From an uncultured Nitrospiraceae bacterium (GTDB taxonomy: Bacteria; Nitrospirota; Thermodesulfovibrionia; Thermodesulfovibrionales; SM23-35), in contig CAVSHB010000001.1 in assembly GCA_963727775.1 (NCBI GenBank), positions 960,001 through 1,024,000 on the forward strand: a stretch of DNA of 64,000 nucleotides, in the 5' to 3' direction. Under the pieces are notes generated by a model. It had not been told where the DNA came from. It searched no databases and was given only the letters and a program-made list of their open reading frames with translations. This document shows, one piece after another, positions 29,796 to 41,147 of this stretch (positions within the stretch are counted from its first letter, which is position 1; every line of letters begins with the position of its first letter). The translations under genes were made by a program, and so were the position numbers.

Positions 29796-29928
29796 CTAAC
29801 TCGTTATGCATGCAAAATGAGTGGATAATGAGTTAACTTGTTATCTATTTATAAATATTACACCATGCGGTCTCTGCCGCATGTCCTTTTTATAGCGACC
29901 CACAGGGTAAACGCCCTGCGGTGTCGCA

Positions 29929-30148
29929 ATGAATTTATTTACGAGAGACATTCCCTCCGACATATTGAAACAGTTCAGCGACATGTTGAAGATACGTTCG
30001 GTCCCAACGATCTCTCACTCATACTATCTCAAGTGGCTTCGATACTACTTGGACTGTTGCTCGAAATACAGTAAGGACTACGATGATCTATACCCACTGC
30101 ATACCGAGCAAGACAGTGAAGGAGGCGAAGAGCCCTCTGGATTTCTGA
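29929..30148 (+). pseudogene. intI: Integron integrase remnant with large internal deletion
   Basis: N-terminal part (..YYLKWLRYYLDCCSKY) joined out of frame at about 30070 to VRTTMIYTHCIPSKTVKEAKSPLDF*, the IntI C-terminal signature with the catalytic Tyr. Confidence 0.85.
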
Positions 30149-30174
30149 AAACTTCAAGGACAAGAATACGTCAT

Positions 30175-30439
30175 CTACTTTCTATAAATATCTTTCCTGT
30201 GTCGCGCATGATAAATAGTCACAATCTTTTTTTCGGTGTCGACATGATAAATCACGCGGTAATCTCCAACCCTTAATCGATAACTTGATTCCGAACCTGT
30301 CATTTTTCGTGATTGAGGGGGGGAAAGGGTTCTCTGAAAGACTTTCAATGGCCTCAAAAATCTTTGGAATAAACTGCCTGTCAATCCTTCCGAGATCACG
30401 TTCTACGGAACCTTTCGTGTCTATCCTAAATAAGCCCAT
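30175..30439 (-). pseudogene. RelE/ParE-family toxin, frameshifted in a C7 run
   Basis: N-half ..IESLSENPFP and C-half YRLRVGDYRVIY..HRKDIY are in different frames; removing one base at 30317-30323 fuses them. Confidence 0.85.
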
Positions 30440-30608
30440 CAGCCTTTAGTTTTTTCTTAAGTTCTTCGATGCTGAGTGCCGGCTCACCTTTTCTCTCGGC
30501 AATGACTGCCAGGTCATGAATATCTTCCAGTAGCTCTTCATATTCTCCGACCGGCAGGATCACAGCTGTCTTCTTGCCTGACTCGTCGACCACATACTGT
30601 GCCTTCAT
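30426..30608 (-). CDS. Antitoxin partner of the RelE-like toxin
   Basis: QYVVDESGKKTAVILP..YEELLEDIHD; overlaps the toxin start; GGAGG SD. Confidence 0.75.
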   Translation of the reverse strand: MKAQYVVDESGKKTAVILPVGEYEELLEDIHDLAVIAERKGEPALSIEELKKKLKADGLI

Positions 30609-30673
30609 CTCATACCTCCATTACTAAATCTATTCAAATAATAACAAAATATCGACCTGATTTAGCAAGGAAT

Positions 30674-30709
30674 AAAAAAAAGGGGCAGGATGTTCTCCTG
30701 CCCCTTTTT
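30674..30709 (-). terminator. Intrinsic terminator after atpE
   Basis: Stem GGGGCAGGA/TCCTGCCCC flanked by A8 and T5 runs. Confidence 0.85.
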
Positions 30710-30729
30710 ATAGTCTTTCGAAAGCTCTC

Positions 30730-31092
30730 TTACTGAAGGAGTTTCCCGAACGGGTTAACGAATATGAGAATGAGGACTACGACGAGCGCGTAAATTGCGA
30801 GAGACTCGATCATGGCGAGACCGATGATAAGGGTTGTGGTGATTTTACCTGATGCACCCGGATTCCTTGCGACACCTTCGCAAGCACCCCCTAAACCGAT
30901 ACCCTGACCAATACCTGTGCCGAGAGCTGCGAGCCCGATTCCAAGACCGCAACCGAGAGCTGCTAATGCATAGTACAGGACGTTCGAGGTTTTTTCGGCT
31001 GTAGCTGCAGCTGCCTCTTCAGCAAAGCAGAGAGGGGCCAAAAGCCACATCATTGCGAGAGCAAGAAGAATTACTGCCAAAGTTTTCTTCAT
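30730..31092 (-). CDS. atpE: F0 ATP synthase subunit c with N-terminal extension
   Basis: GxGxG glycine zipper, ARNP loop, IESLAIY. Confidence 0.95.
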   Translation of the reverse strand: MKKTLAVILLALAMMWLLAPLCFAEEAAAATAEKTSNVLYYALAALGCGLGIGLAALGTGIGQGIGLGGACEGVARNPGASGKITTTLIIGLAMIESLAIYALVVVLILIFVNPFGKLLQ

Positions 31093-31122
31093 TTTACTTC
31101 CTCCTTTCGTGAAATTATAGAA

Positions 31123-31806
31123 TTAATGTGCGTGTTCTACCGCACCAGCCAAATACAGTGTTGCCAAAAGTGCAAAGACAAAAGCCTGCACAACGCTTAC
31201 AAGTACGCCAAGTCCGAGAATCGCCGTCGGGAGCACCCAGGGAGAAATAATTCCAAGAACAAGGAGTATGATGTGTTTGCCGGTCATGTTACCGAACAAC
31301 CTGACGGTAAGGGTCAAAGGTCTTGCGAAATGGCCGATAACCTCTACAAAAAACATGAGGATCATGAGCGGCAATGCCGCTATAGAACGGATAGGACCAA
31401 GAAAATGGTTTAAATATTTGACACCGTGGACCCTTATCCCGAAATAGTGAGTTGCCAGGAACACGGGGATTGCCATGGCCGCGTTTGTATTGACATTGGC
31501 TGTAGCCGAAGCAAAACCAGGGACAAGTCCCATAAAATTGCAGAGCAGGATGAAAACAAATATGGTGCAGATAAAAGGAAATAACTGTCTGCTCCAGTGA
31601 TGTCCTATATTTTCATCCACCAGTTTCCACATTGCATCGATAATCATCTCCATAAAATTCTGGAGGCCTGTCGGCACCAGACGCAGAGAACCTCTTACCA
31701 TCAAAGCCGCAACTATAAGGATTATTGAGACAAGAAAGGCGTGTGTGACATTGTGAGGTATCACCTCGGGATTCACGATAGCATCCATTAAAAGGGTTTC
31801 TTCCAT
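31123..31806 (-). CDS. atpB: F0 ATP synthase subunit a
   Basis: NFMGLVPG, RPLTLTVRLFGNM, QAFVF. Confidence 0.95.
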   Translation of the reverse strand: MEETLLMDAIVNPEVIPHNVTHAFLVSIILIVAALMVRGSLRLVPTGLQNFMEMIIDAMWKLVDENIGHHWSRQLFPFICTIFVFILLCNFMGLVPGFASATANVNTNAAMAIPVFLATHYFGIRVHGVKYLNHFLGPIRSIAALPLMILMFFVEVIGHFARPLTLTVRLFGNMTGKHIILLVLGIISPWVLPTAILGLGVLVSVVQAFVFALLATLYLAGAVEHAH

Positions 31807-31900
31807 ACGACCTCCTTATGAGGATTGAAAATCGGAGTTATATTACATAACCTTTTTCTGAAAAGTCAATAGGAAAGACGATTAATTTGAAAATTATTAT

Positions 31901-32227
31901 TTACTTTTTTGCAGATATATGCTTCTTTACGGACAGGTATGAGATATTCGGATCGAGAGTATACGCCTCTTTAAAATATTTTACTGATTCCGCATGGTTC
32001 TTTAACTCATAATATGCATACCCGATAAGATAGTAAGCATAAGGGTCGGCGTTCTTCTCTACATATTCTTTCAGATAGGGAATGGCTGTTTTATAATCTT
32101 TCTTCATATAGGCATTGACAGCCTTATCATAGGGACTGCCCTGTGCCGTTGCGGATACAGCCATTAATAAGACAACGGAGATACAAAGAAAAAATCTGAC
32201 TATCCAACTATTTCTTATTACTTTCAT
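31901..32227 (-). CDS. Exported TPR-repeat protein
   Basis: Signal peptide; AYYLIGYAYY..YFKEAYTLDP. Confidence 0.75.
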   Translation of the reverse strand: MKVIRNSWIVRFFLCISVVLLMAVSATAQGSPYDKAVNAYMKKDYKTAIPYLKEYVEKNADPYAYYLIGYAYYELKNHAESVKYFKEAYTLDPNISYLSVKKHISAKK

Positions 32228-32240
32228 AGTTAGTTGCCCC

Positions 32241-34550
32241 CTAATCAAAATTAAGGTTTTCGCCTTTCTCTTTTATCTTGCGTACCGAAGTGGTCGGCGC
32301 AAATTGTTTTGGTTCCGTACCTTCTCTGAAATATTCTTTTATCCCCGCAGTTTCATCTCTTGAAAGAAGGCCTGTTGCCGGGTCTATTACGCGGGTGGTT
32401 ATCCCTTCAGGGACAGGGAAGTCTGCCGGGTCTCCGGTTACGACGTTTTTCATGAATGTCACCCATATAGGTGATGCGGCGCGCGCGCCTGTCTCCTGGG
32501 GACCCAGCGGTCTTGTATTGTCAAAACCGACCCACACTGCAGCAACCAAGTTGGGTGTATACCCTACGAACCACGCATCTTTGTATTCGTTTGTAGTTCC
32601 TGTTTTCCCTGCAACCGGTCTGCCGAGCGCCTTTGCCTTCCATCCTGTACCGTATTTCACAACATCTTCCATCATTGAGGTAATCTGGAAAGCAGTCTGG
32701 GGGCTGATGACCTCTACGGCTTCCGGTTCATTGCTTTCAAGAATCATGCCCTTAGAATCCGTAATATATTTAATTGCAATGGGAGTCACCTTCATCCCTT
32801 CATTTGCGAATGCACTGTAACATAGGGCAAGCTCAAGCGGAGTAATACTCAATGAGCCGAGCGCGATCGTCAGGTCTCTCGGTACGTCTCTGTCAATCCC
32901 GAGATTATTTACAAAGTCCAATATGTTGCCTATTCCAACTGCGTCAACCAACTTAACGGTGACCACATTTCTTGAATATGTCAAGGCTTCTCTCAGACTT
33001 GTAGGTCCATAAAATTTGTGGTCAAAGTTTTCAGGTGTCCATCTTCCGTTCGGTCCTCCGGGATAGGTTACAGGTTCATCCATTATGACGCTCGCAGGAG
33101 TAAACCCATGTTCCAGTGCCGCTGCGTAGAGAATCGGCTTGAATGCGGAACCGGGCTGGCGTCTTGCGAGCACGGCCCTGTTGAAGTCACTCCTCAAGTA
33201 ATCATACCCGCCGATAAGTGCCCTAATGAACCCCGTGTCTTGCTCTATAGCTACCAATGCGCCTTCAACGTCCGGCTCCTGCTCAAGCGACAGCTGGACA
33301 TTGCCGCCGCGCACATTTTTTATGCTTACTCTTATGATATCTCCGGGGCTGAGAATCTGAGGCAGAGTGAAATCTTTCAGGAACTTTACGGTGCCTTTCC
33401 TGGAGTCAATGAGCCTTGAGGCCCACCGTGCATCCTCGATCGAGAGTCTCCCCAGGATACCACGTGTCTTTATAACAGCCTCTCTGTTGCTCACCTTAAC
33501 GACGAGTCCGGAGTATATATCACCCGGGTTTGTAACAACCTGAGAAGTGAAACCCTTTGTCTGCAGCTCTTTTTCAATGTCGATATCTTTTTTATGTTCC
33601 AGTACTCCGCGCCATCCCCTTCTTTTGTCAAGTTCTCTGAGCCCTTCCTGGACCGCCCTTGCCGCAGATAATTGTGCCCTTCTATCCAATGTCGTGTGTA
33701 CCTTTAAGTTGCCCTTATATACCGTCTCTATTCCATATTTATCTTCAAGGTATTTCCTGACATAGTCTATGAAGTAGTTATTCGCTTCTATTCCCTTTCT
33801 TGTGCTTGAAAGATACAAAGGCTGCCTTGAAGCGTTCTCTTTCTCAGACTTTTTAATAAACCCTTCTTCTTCCATCCGCGAGAGCACAATCTGCTGTCTT
33901 TCTTTGGCCCTTGTCATGTCATTATACGGGGAATAGAGCGTCGGCGCTTTAACAAGACCGGCAATGAGCGCCGCCTCCGAAAGGGTTATCTCCTTCACTG
34001 ATTTTCCAAAGTAAGTCCGCGAGGCCATTTCAACACCATACGCTCCGTGCCCGAAATAGATCCTGTTCAGATATAATTCGAGGATCTCTTTTTTGTCCAG
34101 GTTCTTCTCTATTTTTATTGCGAGCGCAGCTTCCCGCAGCTTCCTGCTTAAAGTCTTTTCGGGAGTAAGGAACATTACTTTGGCAAGCTGCTGTGTGATC
34201 GTGCTTCCTCCCTCTTTCAGCCCGGCGTGTATAATATCCTTAACGATAGCCCGCGCTATAGCAATATAATCGATCCCTTTATGCCTCCAGAACCTTGAGT
34301 CTTCAACCGCTATTAAGGCATTTATCATATGCTCGGGGATATTTTTTATTGGTACAAATATGCCTTTTTCCGCTTTGAGTTCGCCGATAAGGACATCGTC
34401 GTCCGCATATATTTTCGTGCCGGCTAACGGATGGAACTGCTTCATCTCCTCTATGGACGGCAACCCCATGCCGAGCGCAAAATAGACGCCGGCGGAAGTC
34501 CCGAGTAAGATGGAAAGCACTGCGAGGATAATGATAGGTTTAAATTTCAT
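32241..34550 (-). CDS. mrcA: Penicillin-binding protein 1A
   Basis: EDSRF..H.G, GGSTITQQL, SAFK, SRN, KTG motifs. Confidence 0.93.
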   Translation of the reverse strand: MKFKPIIILAVLSILLGTSAGVYFALGMGLPSIEEMKQFHPLAGTKIYADDDVLIGELKAEKGIFVPIKNIPEHMINALIAVEDSRFWRHKGIDYIAIARAIVKDIIHAGLKEGGSTITQQLAKVMFLTPEKTLSRKLREAALAIKIEKNLDKKEILELYLNRIYFGHGAYGVEMASRTYFGKSVKEITLSEAALIAGLVKAPTLYSPYNDMTRAKERQQIVLSRMEEEGFIKKSEKENASRQPLYLSSTRKGIEANNYFIDYVRKYLEDKYGIETVYKGNLKVHTTLDRRAQLSAARAVQEGLRELDKRRGWRGVLEHKKDIDIEKELQTKGFTSQVVTNPGDIYSGLVVKVSNREAVIKTRGILGRLSIEDARWASRLIDSRKGTVKFLKDFTLPQILSPGDIIRVSIKNVRGGNVQLSLEQEPDVEGALVAIEQDTGFIRALIGGYDYLRSDFNRAVLARRQPGSAFKPILYAAALEHGFTPASVIMDEPVTYPGGPNGRWTPENFDHKFYGPTSLREALTYSRNVVTVKLVDAVGIGNILDFVNNLGIDRDVPRDLTIALGSLSITPLELALCYSAFANEGMKVTPIAIKYITDSKGMILESNEPEAVEVISPQTAFQITSMMEDVVKYGTGWKAKALGRPVAGKTGTTNEYKDAWFVGYTPNLVAAVWVGFDNTRPLGPQETGARAASPIWVTFMKNVVTGDPADFPVPEGITTRVIDPATGLLSRDETAGIKEYFREGTEPKQFAPTTSVRKIKEKGENLNFD

Positions 34551-34559
34551 GAATTATAA

Positions 34560-34638
34560 ATTATACCCTTGCCGGAGAAGGACTGTCAAAAGCACTTCAC
34601 TGTTTACGTTGACTTGAATCTGTTCATAAGGTTAATAT
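34560..34638. promoter_or_regulatory. Divergent sigma70 promoters of mrcA and dnaE
   Basis: Minus: TTGACA-N18-TATAAT-N9-ATG; plus: TTGACT-N18-TAATAT-N7-ATG; no SD for either gene. Confidence 0.65.
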
Positions 34639-34645
34639 TTTTATT

Positions 34646-37600
34646 ATGCATCAGCATTCAGATTATGTTGCCCTTCATCTGCATTCTGAATATAGCTTAC
34701 TCGACGGAGCAATAAAGATAAAAGAGCTTATCGAACAAGCTACGGCTTTCAGGATGCCTGCAGTGGCGATAACAGACCACGGCAATCTTTTCGGGGCCGT
34801 GGAATTTTACAGGCTCGCTATCAAAGCCGGTATAAAACCGATCATCGGCTGCGAGGTTTATATGGCGCCGGGCAGCCGTTTTGATAAAAGACAGGGGCAG
34901 GACAATGAAGGGTCGTTTTTCCACCTAATATTGCTTGCCAAAGATAACAGCGGCTACCGCAACCTTGTCACGATGGTGACAAAGGCATATACAGAGGGTT
35001 TCTATTATAAACCGAGAATAGATATCAACCTTCTCGAACAATACAGCGGCGGGCTGATAGGTCTTACCGCATGCCTGAAAGGGGAGGTGCCTTATTATCT
35101 TCAGAAAGGGATGGTAGATAAGGCAAGGGAGAAGGCGCTCGAATACAAGCATATACTCGGTCCGGAGAATTTTTATATCGAGGTCCAGGACAACGGGCTA
35201 CCGGAACAGGAAGAGGTAAACAAAAAACTTGTAGAGCTTGCTAATGAGCTGCATATCGGCATCGTGGCCACCAACGACTGCCATTACCTGAGGCGGGAGG
35301 ACGCAAAGGCGCATGATATCCTGCTTTGCATCCAGACAGGCAAAACAGTGAACGACAGAGAACGCCTGCGGTTTCATTCGGACAACTTCTATTTTAAGTC
35401 GCCCGAAGAAATGAAAAATGCTTTCAAAGACATGCCGGAGGCAGTCCTGAACACGAGGGTGATTGCCGAGAAGTGCAACGTGGAATTCAGGCTTGGCGCA
35501 AACATGCTTCCGAAATATGAGCTTGAAAACGGCGGTTCACCGGATGTTCTGCTTGAAAAACTTGCCTATGAAGGGCTGTCGAACAGGATGGGAGAGCAAA
35601 CGGACACTTTCTATAAAGAAAGACTCGTCAGGGAGCTCGATATAATCAAAAAAATGGATTATGCATCATATTTTCTTATCGTGTGGGATTTTATCAGCTA
35701 TGCGAAAAGCAAAGGCATCCCGGTCGGTCCTGGAAGGGGCTCAGCGGCAGGCAGCCTTGTATCATTCTGCCTCGGCATTACCGATATTGATCCGGTCAAT
35801 TACAACCTTCTCTTCGAGCGGTTTCTCAACCCTGAAAGGATAAGCATGCCGGATATAGATGTCGATTTTTGCAAAGACAGAAGGTCTGAAGTCATTGCAT
35901 ACGTTTCCGAGAAATACGGTAAAGACCATGTTGCCCAGATAATTACCTTTGGAACCATGGCGGCAAAGGCCGCGATAAGAGACGTCGGCAGGGCTCTTGA
36001 CTTTCCATATTCCGAGGTGGACAAGATTGCTAAACTGGTGCCGAACACGTTGAACATTACGATTGAAGAGGCCTTGAAGGCCGAACCTCAACTGAAAGCT
36101 TTGTACGAAAATAATCCGAGGATAAATGAATTGCTGACCATTGCCATGAGGCTCGAAGGGCTCAGCAGACATGCGTCAACCCATGCAGCCGGGGTTGTAA
36201 TTTCGCCCGCGCCTTTAACAGATGTTACACCCCTTTACAAGAACCCCTCGGATGACAGTATCGTGACACAATTCGATATGGGGTCTATCGAGAAGATAGG
36301 CCTTCTAAAATTCGATTTCCTGGGTTTAAAGACGTTGACGGTGATTGATAAGGCCCTTAATTATATCAGGGATAACGGCAAGGATTTTTCGCTGAAAGAA
36401 ATATCTCTCGATGATGAAAAGACGTATGAGCTTTTGAGTTCCGGGCACACGACAGGTATCTTCCAGCTTGAAAGCGCCGGCATGAGAGATCTGCTTGTCA
36501 GGATCACTCCGAACAGGTTTGAAGACCTCATAGCCATTGTCGCGCTTCACCGTCCCGGCCCTATGGGCAGTGGTATGGTAGATGAATTCATAAAGAGGAA
36601 AAAAGGCAAGATCCCCGTTAGGTACGACCTGCCTCAACTGAAAGAAATTCTCGATGAGACCTACGGCGTGATCCTTTATCAGGAACAGGTCATGAGGATC
36701 GCGAATAAGCTCGCAAATTTCAGTATGGGACAGGCTGATATACTCAGGAAAGCCATGGGAAAGAAAAGACCCGAAGATATGGAGAAACAGAAGGAGGCGT
36801 TTATACAGGGCGCGCTGGCAAACGGGATTTCTGAGAAGAAGGCCAAAAAAATCTTTGACTTAATGGCATATTTTGCCGAGTACGGCTTCAATAAATCGCA
36901 CTCCGCGGCATACGCTTATGTAACTTATCAAACGGCATATTTAAAAGCGCACTTTCCGGTTGAATTCATGGCTGCTACCCTAAGCGCTGATATGGACAAC
37001 ACCGACAAGATCGTTAAATCGATAGCTGGATGTTTCGAAATGGGGATCCAAATCCTACCTCCTGATATTAATTTTTCAGGCAAAGAGTTTAAGGTTGTCG
37101 GAAACTCTATCCGGTTCGGGCTTGAAGCGGTCAAAGGAGTCGGATCATCGGCGATAGAATCTATAATCGATTCGAGGAATACCGCCGGAGTATTTTTATC
37201 TCTATCCAATTTCTTCGAGAAAGTGGATCAAAGGAAAGTAAATAAGAAAGTAGTCGAAAGCCTGATAAAGTCAGGCGCATTCGATTCGCTGGATATAACA
37301 AGGGCGCAAGCAATAGAATTAATGACCAGGGTCCTTAACGGAAGCTCAAAGATTTCCACTGCGTTGTTTCTCGGCCAGCAGAGCATTTTTGGCGAGTCCC
37401 CTGAGGAAACAGGAACTGCGCAAGAGTGGAGCGAGGAAGAACGCCTGAAATATGAAAAAGAGGCGCTCGGTTTTTACATAACAGGCCACCCTTTAACAAA
37501 ATATGACAGGCTGCTCGATAAAATAGGTACAAAAAAGACATCGGAACTCGATGAAATACCCGACGGCCAGGAAATAAAGATAGGCGGTATACTGACGAGC

Positions 37601-38062
37601 ATAAAGAAAGTTCAGACAAAGTCAAAGGCTGAGATAATGGCGTATTGCACGCTTGAAGACCCTGTCGGCCATGTTGAGATAATTGTTTTCCCTGATCTGT
37701 ACAGGGCAAAATTATCCGTTCTCCAGAAAGACACGCCGCTCCTTGTAGAAGGGACTCTTGATAAAACGGAAAAAGGAGTAAAGATCGTCTCTACGGAGAT
37801 ATCGAAGCTGGATTCCGTTGACACAAAGATGGGTCGGAAAGTCGAGATAAGTCTCAGGCTTCCAATGACGGGGGAATCGCATCTTCAGACATTAAAGTCC
37901 CTGCTGCTTTCAAACGGCAAAGGAAAATATCCTTTGCACCTGAGAATATTCCATAACGGCATCGAAACATTGGTTGCTACCGGGATGACAGTTTCCGGAA
38001 ACGGAGAGATCATAAGCAGAATAGAAGAAATTGCGGGAAAGGGGGCTGTGACTTTTCAATGA
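34646..38062 (+). CDS. dnaE: DNA polymerase III alpha subunit
   Basis: [37 protein letters not shown]; no intein seen. Confidence 0.98.
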   Translation: MHQHSDYVALHLHSEYSLLDGAIKIKELIEQATAFRMPAVAITDHGNLFGAVEFYRLAIKAGIKPIIGCEVYMAPGSRFDKRQGQDNEGSFFHLILLAKDNSGYRNLVTMVTKAYTEGFYYKPRIDINLLEQYSGGLIGLTACLKGEVPYYLQKGMVDKAREKALEYKHILGPENFYIEVQDNGLPEQEEVNKKLVELANELHIGIVATNDCHYLRREDAKAHDILLCIQTGKTVNDRERLRFHSDNFYFKSPEEMKNAFKDMPEAVLNTRVIAEKCNVEFRLGANMLPKYELENGGSPDVLLEKLAYEGLSNRMGEQTDTFYKERLVRELDIIKKMDYASYFLIVWDFISYAKSKGIPVGPGRGSAAGSLVSFCLGITDIDPVNYNLLFERFLNPERISMPDIDVDFCKDRRSEVIAYVSEKYGKDHVAQIITFGTMAAKAAIRDVGRALDFPYSEVDKIAKLVPNTLNITIEEALKAEPQLKALYENNPRINELLTIAMRLEGLSRHASTHAAGVVISPAPLTDVTPLYKNPSDDSIVTQFDMGSIEKIGLLKFDFLGLKTLTVIDKALNYIRDNGKDFSLKEISLDDEKTYELLSSGHTTGIFQLESAGMRDLLVRITPNRFEDLIAIVALHRPGPMGSGMVDEFIKRKKGKIPVRYDLPQLKEILDETYGVILYQEQVMRIANKLANFSMGQADILRKAMGKKRPEDMEKQKEAFIQGALANGISEKKAKKIFDLMAYFAEYGFNKSHSAAYAYVTYQTAYLKAHFPVEFMAATLSADMDNTDKIVKSIAGCFEMGIQILPPDINFSGKEFKVVGNSIRFGLEAVKGVGSSAIESIIDSRNTAGVFLSLSNFFEKVDQRKVNKKVVESLIKSGAFDSLDITRAQAIELMTRVLNGSSKISTALFLGQQSIFGESPEETGTAQEWSEEERLKYEKEALGFYITGHPLTKYDRLLDKIGTKKTSELDEIPDGQEIKIGGILTSIKKVQTKSKAEIMAYCTLEDPVGHVEIIVFPDLYRAKLSVLQKDTPLLVEGTLDKTEKGVKIVSTEISKLDSVDTKMGRKVEISLRLPMTGESHLQTLKSLLLSNGKGKYPLHLRIFHNGIETLVATGMTVSGNGEIISRIEEIAGKGAVTFQ

Positions 38063-39039
38063 TCAGATCTTACCTTGAATTCGAAAGGCCCATCGAAGAA
38101 CTTGAACTGAAAATAGACGAGCTCAAACGTATATCTGACGGGAAAGATATTGATCTATCGAGCGAGATAAGGAAACTTGAAAAGAAGGTAAAGGACCTTC
38201 GTTCAGAGATATTCTCTGCGCTTACTCCCTGGCAAAGAACTCTTATCGCGAGGCATCCGGACAGACCGTATACATTGGATTATATAAGCATGATGACAAA
38301 TGACTTTGTTGAATTGCACGGCGACAGAAGATTCTCGGATGACCCGGCTATTGTAGCCGGCGCCGCAAAGATCAATAATATTCCGGTAGTGATTGCAGGC
38401 CACCAGAAGGGGAGGGGGACAAAGGAAAGGATATATCGCAACTTCGGACAGCCAAACCCGGAAGGATACAGAAAGGCGCTCAGGGTGATGAAACTCGCAG
38501 AGAAATTTAAGAGGCCGGTCATAACCTTTATTGATACACCCGGTGCATATCCGGGCATAGGCGCTGAAGAGAGGGGCCAGGCGGAAGCCATAGCCGTGAA
38601 CCTGATGGAGATGTCAAGACTGAGGACCCCGGTTATTTCAGTGGTAATAGGGGAAGGTGGAAGCGGAGGGGCCCTTGCGCTCGGCATCGCAGACCGTCTT
38701 TTTATGCTCGAACACTCGAGTTATTCCGTTATCTCTCCCGAAGGGTGCGCTGCGATACTCTGGAAAAAGAACGGCGATCTCGGTACAGAAGATTTCTCAA
38801 AAGCGGCGGACGCGCTTAAACTTACTTCGCAGGACCTGCTGAATTTCAAGATTATAGATGGTATTGTACCTGAACCGCTCGGAGGGGCACACAGAGACCC
38901 CGATGCGGCGGCAAAAAATATATCCGAATATATTGTAACCGCACTTGAAGAATTAAAGACGAAGACACCGGGAAAACTTTTGGAAGAAAGATATAAGAGA
39001 TACAGAAGAATAGGGAGTTTTGTTGAAGAAGCGGAATAA
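38059..39039 (+). CDS. accA: Acetyl-CoA carboxylase carboxyltransferase alpha subunit
   Basis: [28 protein letters not shown]. Confidence 0.97.
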   Translation: MIRSYLEFERPIEELELKIDELKRISDGKDIDLSSEIRKLEKKVKDLRSEIFSALTPWQRTLIARHPDRPYTLDYISMMTNDFVELHGDRRFSDDPAIVAGAAKINNIPVVIAGHQKGRGTKERIYRNFGQPNPEGYRKALRVMKLAEKFKRPVITFIDTPGAYPGIGAEERGQAEAIAVNLMEMSRLRTPVISVVIGEGGSGGALALGIADRLFMLEHSSYSVISPEGCAAILWKKNGDLGTEDFSKAADALKLTSQDLLNFKIIDGIVPEPLGGAHRDPDAAAKNISEYIVTALEELKTKTPGKLLEERYKRYRRIGSFVEEAE

Positions 39040-39066
39040 CCGGCAGCATGAAAGGAGATCTTATTA

Positions 39067-39291
39067 ATGGCGGTAGTTTTATTAGATACGACCGGGCTTA
39101 AATGCCCTCAGCCGGTATTAAAGATAGCGGCAAAATCGCCTGATATGAAGCCCGGCGAGACACTTGAGGTTATCGGGGATTGTCCTACCTTTGAAAGAGA
39201 TATCCGTGCCTGGTGCACCAGGTTGAAAAAAACACTCCTCTTTTTAAAGGACGAAGGCTCTGGAAAGATGAGATGCCAGATTCGGTTTTAG
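39067..39291 (+). CDS. TusA-family sulfurtransferase
   Basis: LDTTGLKCPQP motif, 74 aa. Confidence 0.88.
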   Translation: MAVVLLDTTGLKCPQPVLKIAAKSPDMKPGETLEVIGDCPTFERDIRAWCTRLKKTLLFLKDEGSGKMRCQIRF

Positions 39292-39335
39292 CGTTGGATT
39301 CAGTGGGTTTCTGAAGACCTGCGCAAGCCTTAGAG

Positions 39336-41147
39336 ATGGCGGATACAAGCAGTAAAACGGGCATGCTGACAAAACTCTCCACTTTACCGGTGAAACCGGG
39401 CATTTATATCTTTAAAAACGCGCGGGAACGGACACTATATGTTGGTAAGGCAAAGAACCTTAGGAATCGGGTAAGAAGTTATTTCCGCAAATCTTCGGGG
39501 CTCGACGCCCGCAAAACAGCCATGATGAGAGAAGTCAGGAACTTCAGTTATATAGTGACCGGGAATGAACTTGAAGCCTTTGTGCTCGAAGCAAACCTGA
39601 TAAAACAATACAAACCCAGGTTTAACGTAATCCTGAAAGATGACAAGAATTATCCTTACCTTAAATTAACTGTCAACGAAGAATGGCCACGGCTCGAAGT
39701 CGTAAGAAAAATTACAAAGGACGGCGCTTTATATTTCGGACCTTATGTGCCGGCAGGCACAATGTGGAAAACTCTGGACTTCATAAGGCGAAACTTTCAG
39801 ATAAGGGATTGCAGTTATACACTCGGCAAGAAAATGAGGCCGTGCATCCAGTATCAGATGGGCAGGTGTCTTGCCCCGTGCGACGGACATATCACCAGGA
39901 AAGAATATCTGAAGCTTATCAATGAGATCAGACAGTTCCTGAGCGGAAAAAAAAGAGACTTGACCGCCAAGCTCGAAAAAAGGATGGTAAGGCTTTCCGG
40001 AGAATTAAAATTTGAAGAAGCCGCGGGGGTAAGAGACAGAATTAGGGCGATAGAGAAGGCATGGGAATCACAGAAGGTCGTTGACCCCGAACTCGGAGAC
40101 ATAGACGTAATTGGTTTTTACAGAGAATTGGATGAGGTATCATTTAAAGTTTTTTTTATAAGGAACGGAGTTATGATCGGTTCAAAAGATTTCTTTATCA
40201 GGCACACTGAAGATGTATCTGATAAAGAGTTATTTCATGCTTTTATTACACAGTTCTACGCGAAAGAGATTATCCCGCCATCGGAGGTAGTTTCCGCTGT
40301 TATGCCCGAAGAAGCGCGGTCCCTTAAGAGATGGCTTGGCGGTCGAAGGGGTGGCGTTGTAAAGATCCCGGCTCCAAAATCGGGCAAGAAAAAAGAACTG
40401 GTGGATATGGCATCGGAAAATGCCCAACTTATATTTAAATCGCAGAGGGATGTAAAGACGGATGAAATCCTGCGGGAGATACAAGAAAGGTTCAGGCTTG
40501 AGAAGGTCCCGAAGTCTGCGGGCGCGTTAGATGTCTCGAATATCTCGGGGGAAATGGCTGTGGGCGCATTTGTTTACTGGGCTGGAGGGATGTTCAGGAA
40601 AGATATGTACAGGAGGTTGAAGATAAAGACAGTAAAAGGGATTGATGATTATTCGATGATGGCTGAAATAGTCGGAAGGACCATAAATAATCTTAAGGAC
40701 AAATTACCCGAGGTTGTTATTATTGACGGCGGTAGGGGACATCTGGAAACGGCCAGGAAGATTTTTGAAAAGAATATGGGGGTATTGAGCAGCCTTCCTG
40801 CGCTGATTGCCGTTGCGAAAGACCCGGACAGGGCCTATATGACAACTTCAGCTGAACCGTTAGACCTTGAAGACCGGCGGCTGTCATCGCTTTTTTTGCA
40901 AAGGATGAGGGACGAGGCGCACAGATTTGCCGTGGGCTATCACAGAAAATTGCGGGAGAAGGGGCTGTTGCAGTCGCCTCTGGAAAATATTCCCGGCATC
41001 GGCAGAAAACGACGGCTTGAACTTTTAAGGGTTTTTGGTAGTATAGAAGACATGCGGAATTCAAACGTCGATGAGATCAAGAAAATCAGGGGATTCAATA
41101 AGAAGGTAGCAGAAGAGCTTTTAAACGCTTTGAGAAAGACGTCATGA
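39336..41147 (+). CDS. uvrC: Excinuclease ABC subunit C
   Basis: YVGKAKNLRNRV, IDGGRG, RDEAHRFA, HhH tail. Confidence 0.97.
   Translation: MADTSSKTGMLTKLSTLPVKPGIYIFKNARERTLYVGKAKNLRNRVRSYFRKSSGLDARKTAMMREVRNFSYIVTGNELEAFVLEANLIKQYKPRFNVILKDDKNYPYLKLTVNEEWPRLEVVRKITKDGALYFGPYVPAGTMWKTLDFIRRNFQIRDCSYTLGKKMRPCIQYQMGRCLAPCDGHITRKEYLKLINEIRQFLSGKKRDLTAKLEKRMVRLSGELKFEEAAGVRDRIRAIEKAWESQKVVDPELGDIDVIGFYRELDEVSFKVFFIRNGVMIGSKDFFIRHTEDVSDKELFHAFITQFYAKEIIPPSEVVSAVMPEEARSLKRWLGGRRGGVVKIPAPKSGKKKELVDMASENAQLIFKSQRDVKTDEILREIQERFRLEKVPKSAGALDVSNISGEMAVGAFVYWAGGMFRKDMYRRLKIKTVKGIDDYSMMAEIVGRTINNLKDKLPEVVIIDGGRGHLETARKIFEKNMGVLSSLPALIAVAKDPDRAYMTTSAEPLDLEDRRLSSLFLQRMRDEAHRFAVGYHRKLREKGLLQSPLENIPGIGRKRRLELLRVFGSIEDMRNSNVDEIKKIRGFNKKVAEELLNALRKTS

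Noticed and set aside
29929..30276. 115-aa ORF as an intact gene
   Set aside because: It is a chimera of the integrase N-terminus and out-of-frame sequence running antisense into the relE remnant
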